Program-made: the position numbers and the translations under genes | The notes under the pieces: model-generated | Seen by the model: only the letters and a program-made list of their open reading frames with translations | Told to the model about the DNA's origin: nothing | Databases searched by the model: none | Shown here: positions 62,010 to 64,000 of the stretch, in pieces | Layout: the number at the start of each line of letters is the position of its first letter | Numbering within the stretch: the stretch's first letter is position 1 | NCBI GenBank assembly: GCA_903856085.1 | Contig: CAIOAT010000004.1 | Location: 20,722-84,721, forward strand | Source: Candidatus Omnitrophota bacterium | GTDB taxonomy: Bacteria > Omnitrophota > Omnitrophia > Omnitrophales > Aquincolibacteriaceae | DNA: 64,000 nt | Direction of reading: 5' to 3'

Positions 62010-62756
62010 ATGCCATTCAAATTCAATTTTTTTAAAAAGCAGCGGGCCGAGTTCAAGGACCCCATCCATTCTGTTTATCAGCCCATCGTGGATATCGCGA
62101 CCGGGGACGTGATCGGGTATGAGGCTTTGGCACGAGGCGAGAAAAAAATGCCCGCGGAGATGTTTCGTTCGGCCTACGAAAACGGGGCAGTGATCCCGTT
62201 CGATTTCCATTGTCTTGAATCTGCCATCAAGGTTCTTCCCGATCTGCAGGAAGGCCAGTACCTTTTCCTTAATATTGAACCGCTCACGCTCGAACAAGCT
62301 TTTTCAAGAGGGAAAGAGGGCGAAGAATTTTTAAAGGGACTGAAGGCTTACTCCAGCAAGGTCGTTTTTGAACTTACCGAGGGCGTGAAGAAGTCAGATT
62401 TCGCCTTCATCCAACGTGGCGTGGAATTTATCCGGGCTTTGGGCTATCGTTTCGCGCTGGATGACGTTGATGATATCAGCGTCAAGACCGCTCAGCTGGC
62501 ATCGCTCAGGCCGGATTTTCTGAAGATCGATCTCCAATTAGTGCAGGGGATCGCGAGCAATTATCTCAATCAGCAGATCGTTCGTGAGATGGTGCATTTA
62601 GGGCGCGTCAACGGCTCCGAGATGGTCGCTGAAGGCGTGGAACAGAAGTCGGATCTTGAGTTTATCCGCCATATGGGGATCCGTTATGGTCAGGGATTCT
62701 TTTTCGCCAAGCCCGCCAAGGAATTGATTCTTTCTCTCCAATTGTCGAAGGAATGA
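62010..62756 (+). CDS. stand-alone EAL domain protein (c-di-GMP phosphodiesterase family)
   Basis: YQPIVDIATGDVIGYEALAR, ELTE, LDDVDD (variant of DDFGTG), KID, AEGVE..GQGFFF. Confidence 0.7.
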   Translation: MPFKFNFFKKQRAEFKDPIHSVYQPIVDIATGDVIGYEALARGEKKMPAEMFRSAYENGAVIPFDFHCLESAIKVLPDLQEGQYLFLNIEPLTLEQAFSRGKEGEEFLKGLKAYSSKVVFELTEGVKKSDFAFIQRGVEFIRALGYRFALDDVDDISVKTAQLASLRPDFLKIDLQLVQGIASNYLNQQIVREMVHLGRVNGSEMVAEGVEQKSDLEFIRHMGIRYGQGFFFAKPAKELILSLQLSKE

Positions 62757-62804
62757 CCGGCGCATTCAGTCCTAATCCCAATCAATCGAAGCATTGCTGA
62801 GATC

Positions 62805-62835
62805 AGGGAAGTTCTTTCCGCTATTTAGGGGAAGG
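62805..62835. repeat. GC-rich intergenic repeat family, degenerate copy D (GGGAAGTTCTTTC..GGGGAAGG)
   Basis: Shares the 12-mer GGAAGTTCTTTC with copy B. Lies between the convergent EAL and PilZ genes. Confidence 0.3.
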
Positions 62836-62849
62836 AATAAAAGGCAGGG

Positions 62850-63311
62850 TCAGGAAGCCGAACCCATCGTTTTTTCAAAATTCTCTGCGTTGCGGTCGAT
62901 CCATACTTTCGCGGCTTCTTCTTCCGAGAAGGGGTGCCCCCTGAGAAGCGACATTTTTTCGCGATATTGGCGAATTTGGATGATCTCTTCGGCGAGTTTG
63001 GCGCGGAACGAACTCACGGAGTCTTCAAAGCAGACGCCGGTTTTGAACAGGCCGGTGTCCGAGTCTTTTTGGGAGTGCGTGACGTGTGCGTTCATTTGAA
63101 AAAGCTGCTTCTCGATCGGGATGGATAGCTGAAGATGAGTTCCTTCGGCGATAGATTCCGGCCAAAAGAAAGCCAACCCTCCTTGCGAAAGGTCCTCCGC
63201 ACGAACGCTTTCCGCAGAGTTGTTTTCAACCCGCGTGAGCTGGATCGGAACTTTGATCGGATGCCTGAAGAATTTCCGTTTTTCATTTTCCATGCCGAAA
63301 GTATAGCCCAT
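62850..63311 (-). CDS. PilZ domain protein (c-di-GMP receptor)
   Basis: RKFFRHP (RxxxR) and DLSQGGLAF (DxSxGG) PilZ motifs. Confidence 0.6.
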   Translation of the reverse strand: MGYTFGMENEKRKFFRHPIKVPIQLTRVENNSAESVRAEDLSQGGLAFFWPESIAEGTHLQLSIPIEKQLFQMNAHVTHSQKDSDTGLFKTGVCFEDSVSSFRAKLAEEIIQIRQYREKMSLLRGHPFSEEEAAKVWIDRNAENFEKTMGSAS

Positions 63312-63427
63312 AAATTCATTTTTTCCATCGCTAGGCGCTTTTTTGTATAATGCAACGCGAGATCAAGTTCTTTTTAATTATCAAAAAATTATTTCAACAA
63401 TCAAAATATAGCATTAACGATCAATTA

Positions 63428-64000
63428 TGAATCTAACGAAAATCCAAAAAAAAGCGGTTCAAACAGTCGGAAAGAACATTCTTGTGTCGGCCGGGGCCGG
63501 AACCGGTAAGACACGGGTCCTCGTGGAGAGGGTCCTCCATCTGCTTCGCACGCAACAGGCCACCCTTACCGAGCTTCTCGTCCTGACCTTTACTGAGAAA
63601 GCGGCCAATGAGATCAAGACCCGACTTTCCAGCAGTTTCCGAGAAGGGGGTCTGGAGCGGCCGCGACGCGATCTTGAAAAAGCGGCGATTTCCACCTTCC
63701 ACGGTTTTGCGTCACGCCTTTTGAAAGAGCATCCGATCGAGGCGGGCGTTGATCCGGATTTCCGTGTGATCGAGACGGAGCAATCCGAACTTTTAAAAGA
63801 AGAAGCTATGCGTGAGATGATCGCGAAGCTTTACGCTGAAAAAAAAGAGTCTTTCGAACTTCTGCCGGTTTACGGGGAGGATGCAGCGCGTGACGGTATT
63901 CTCAAGGTTCTCACCGCGGCGCGGCACGAAGGTAAAAATCTCCGGGATTTCTTTCTGGAGAATGGAAAAAAAGAGCAAGAGATTTCGGCGAAAAGGGAAA
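63428..64000 (+). CDS. UvrD/Rep/AddA-family helicase, 5' partial (continues beyond window)
   Basis: MNLTKIQKKAVQTVGKNILVSAGAGTGKTRVLVERV has the Walker A of SF1 UvrD-like helicases. No stop before the window end. Confidence 0.65.

Overview
This is a bacterial chromosomal segment of moderate-to-high GC content, dense with signalling and cell-envelope genes. It contains no rRNA, tRNA, CRISPR array or clear mobile element. All calls below are by eye from conserved motifs; no homology search was run.

Contents, left to right:
- 1-7.6 kb: a polysaccharide-related block with the C-terminal part of a YibQ-type divergent polysaccharide deacetylase, several membrane proteins, a UDP-galactopyranose-mutase-like flavoenzyme paired with a large polytopic membrane protein, and a Wzx-type flippase.
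- 8.5-15.5 kb: a three-gene phosphorelay. It is headed by a 1710-aa histidine kinase with two extracytoplasmic sensor domains and seven PAS domains, followed by a receiver-only regulator and a receiver-kinase hybrid.
- 15.6-18.6 kb: an ABC-2 exporter and a second Wzx flippase.
- 18.7-23.2 kb: a GH1 beta-glucosidase, a 4Fe-4S membrane protein, a DEAD-box helicase and a single-domain receiver.
- 23.4-27.2 kb: an unusual groEL-groES-groEL operon under a CIRCE element, followed by coaX, birA, alr and tsaB.
- 30.7-38.6 kb: a copper-type operon csoR-cusC-cusB-cusA-YHS-permease with a perfect CsoR-type operator.
- 38.6-44.4 kb: a GT2 glycosyltransferase, a histidine kinase, glgA, a two-TM K+ channel, an AhpD-like protein and a hypothetical protein.
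- 44.6-52.3 kb: a giant exoprotein of about 2560 aa behind an AT-rich leader. Its parts in order are an extended signal peptide, a TPS (filamentous-haemagglutinin N-terminal) domain, tandem GLUG-motif repeats, beta-helix repeats, an acidic linker, VKxDP repeats and a C-terminal FecR-like domain. It is interrupted by an apparent -1 frameshift near 45.4 kb, and no TpsB transporter is present in the window.
- 52.5-55 kb: a GAF histidine kinase convergent with a GAF-PP2C phosphatase.
- 55-58.7 kb: a minus-strand arsenic-type operon with a DUF134 HTH protein, an unannotated 52-aa vicinal-Cys peptide, an ArsP-like permease, ArsC, Acr3 and DUF3307. It has no ArsR and is headed by a perfect 20-bp palindrome.
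- 59-64 kb: a receiver, a PAP phosphatase, a GuaD-type deaminase, a YfcH-family protein, convergent EAL and PilZ genes, and the 5' part of a UvrD-family helicase.

A family of at least five GC-rich CGTTWCCCGTT / ACGGGGAAGGAG-containing elements lies in intergenic regions and partly overlaps the 3' end of the GT2 gene. Two near-identical terminator hairpins are also present. Long antisense ORFs inside GC-rich genes are treated as artefacts.
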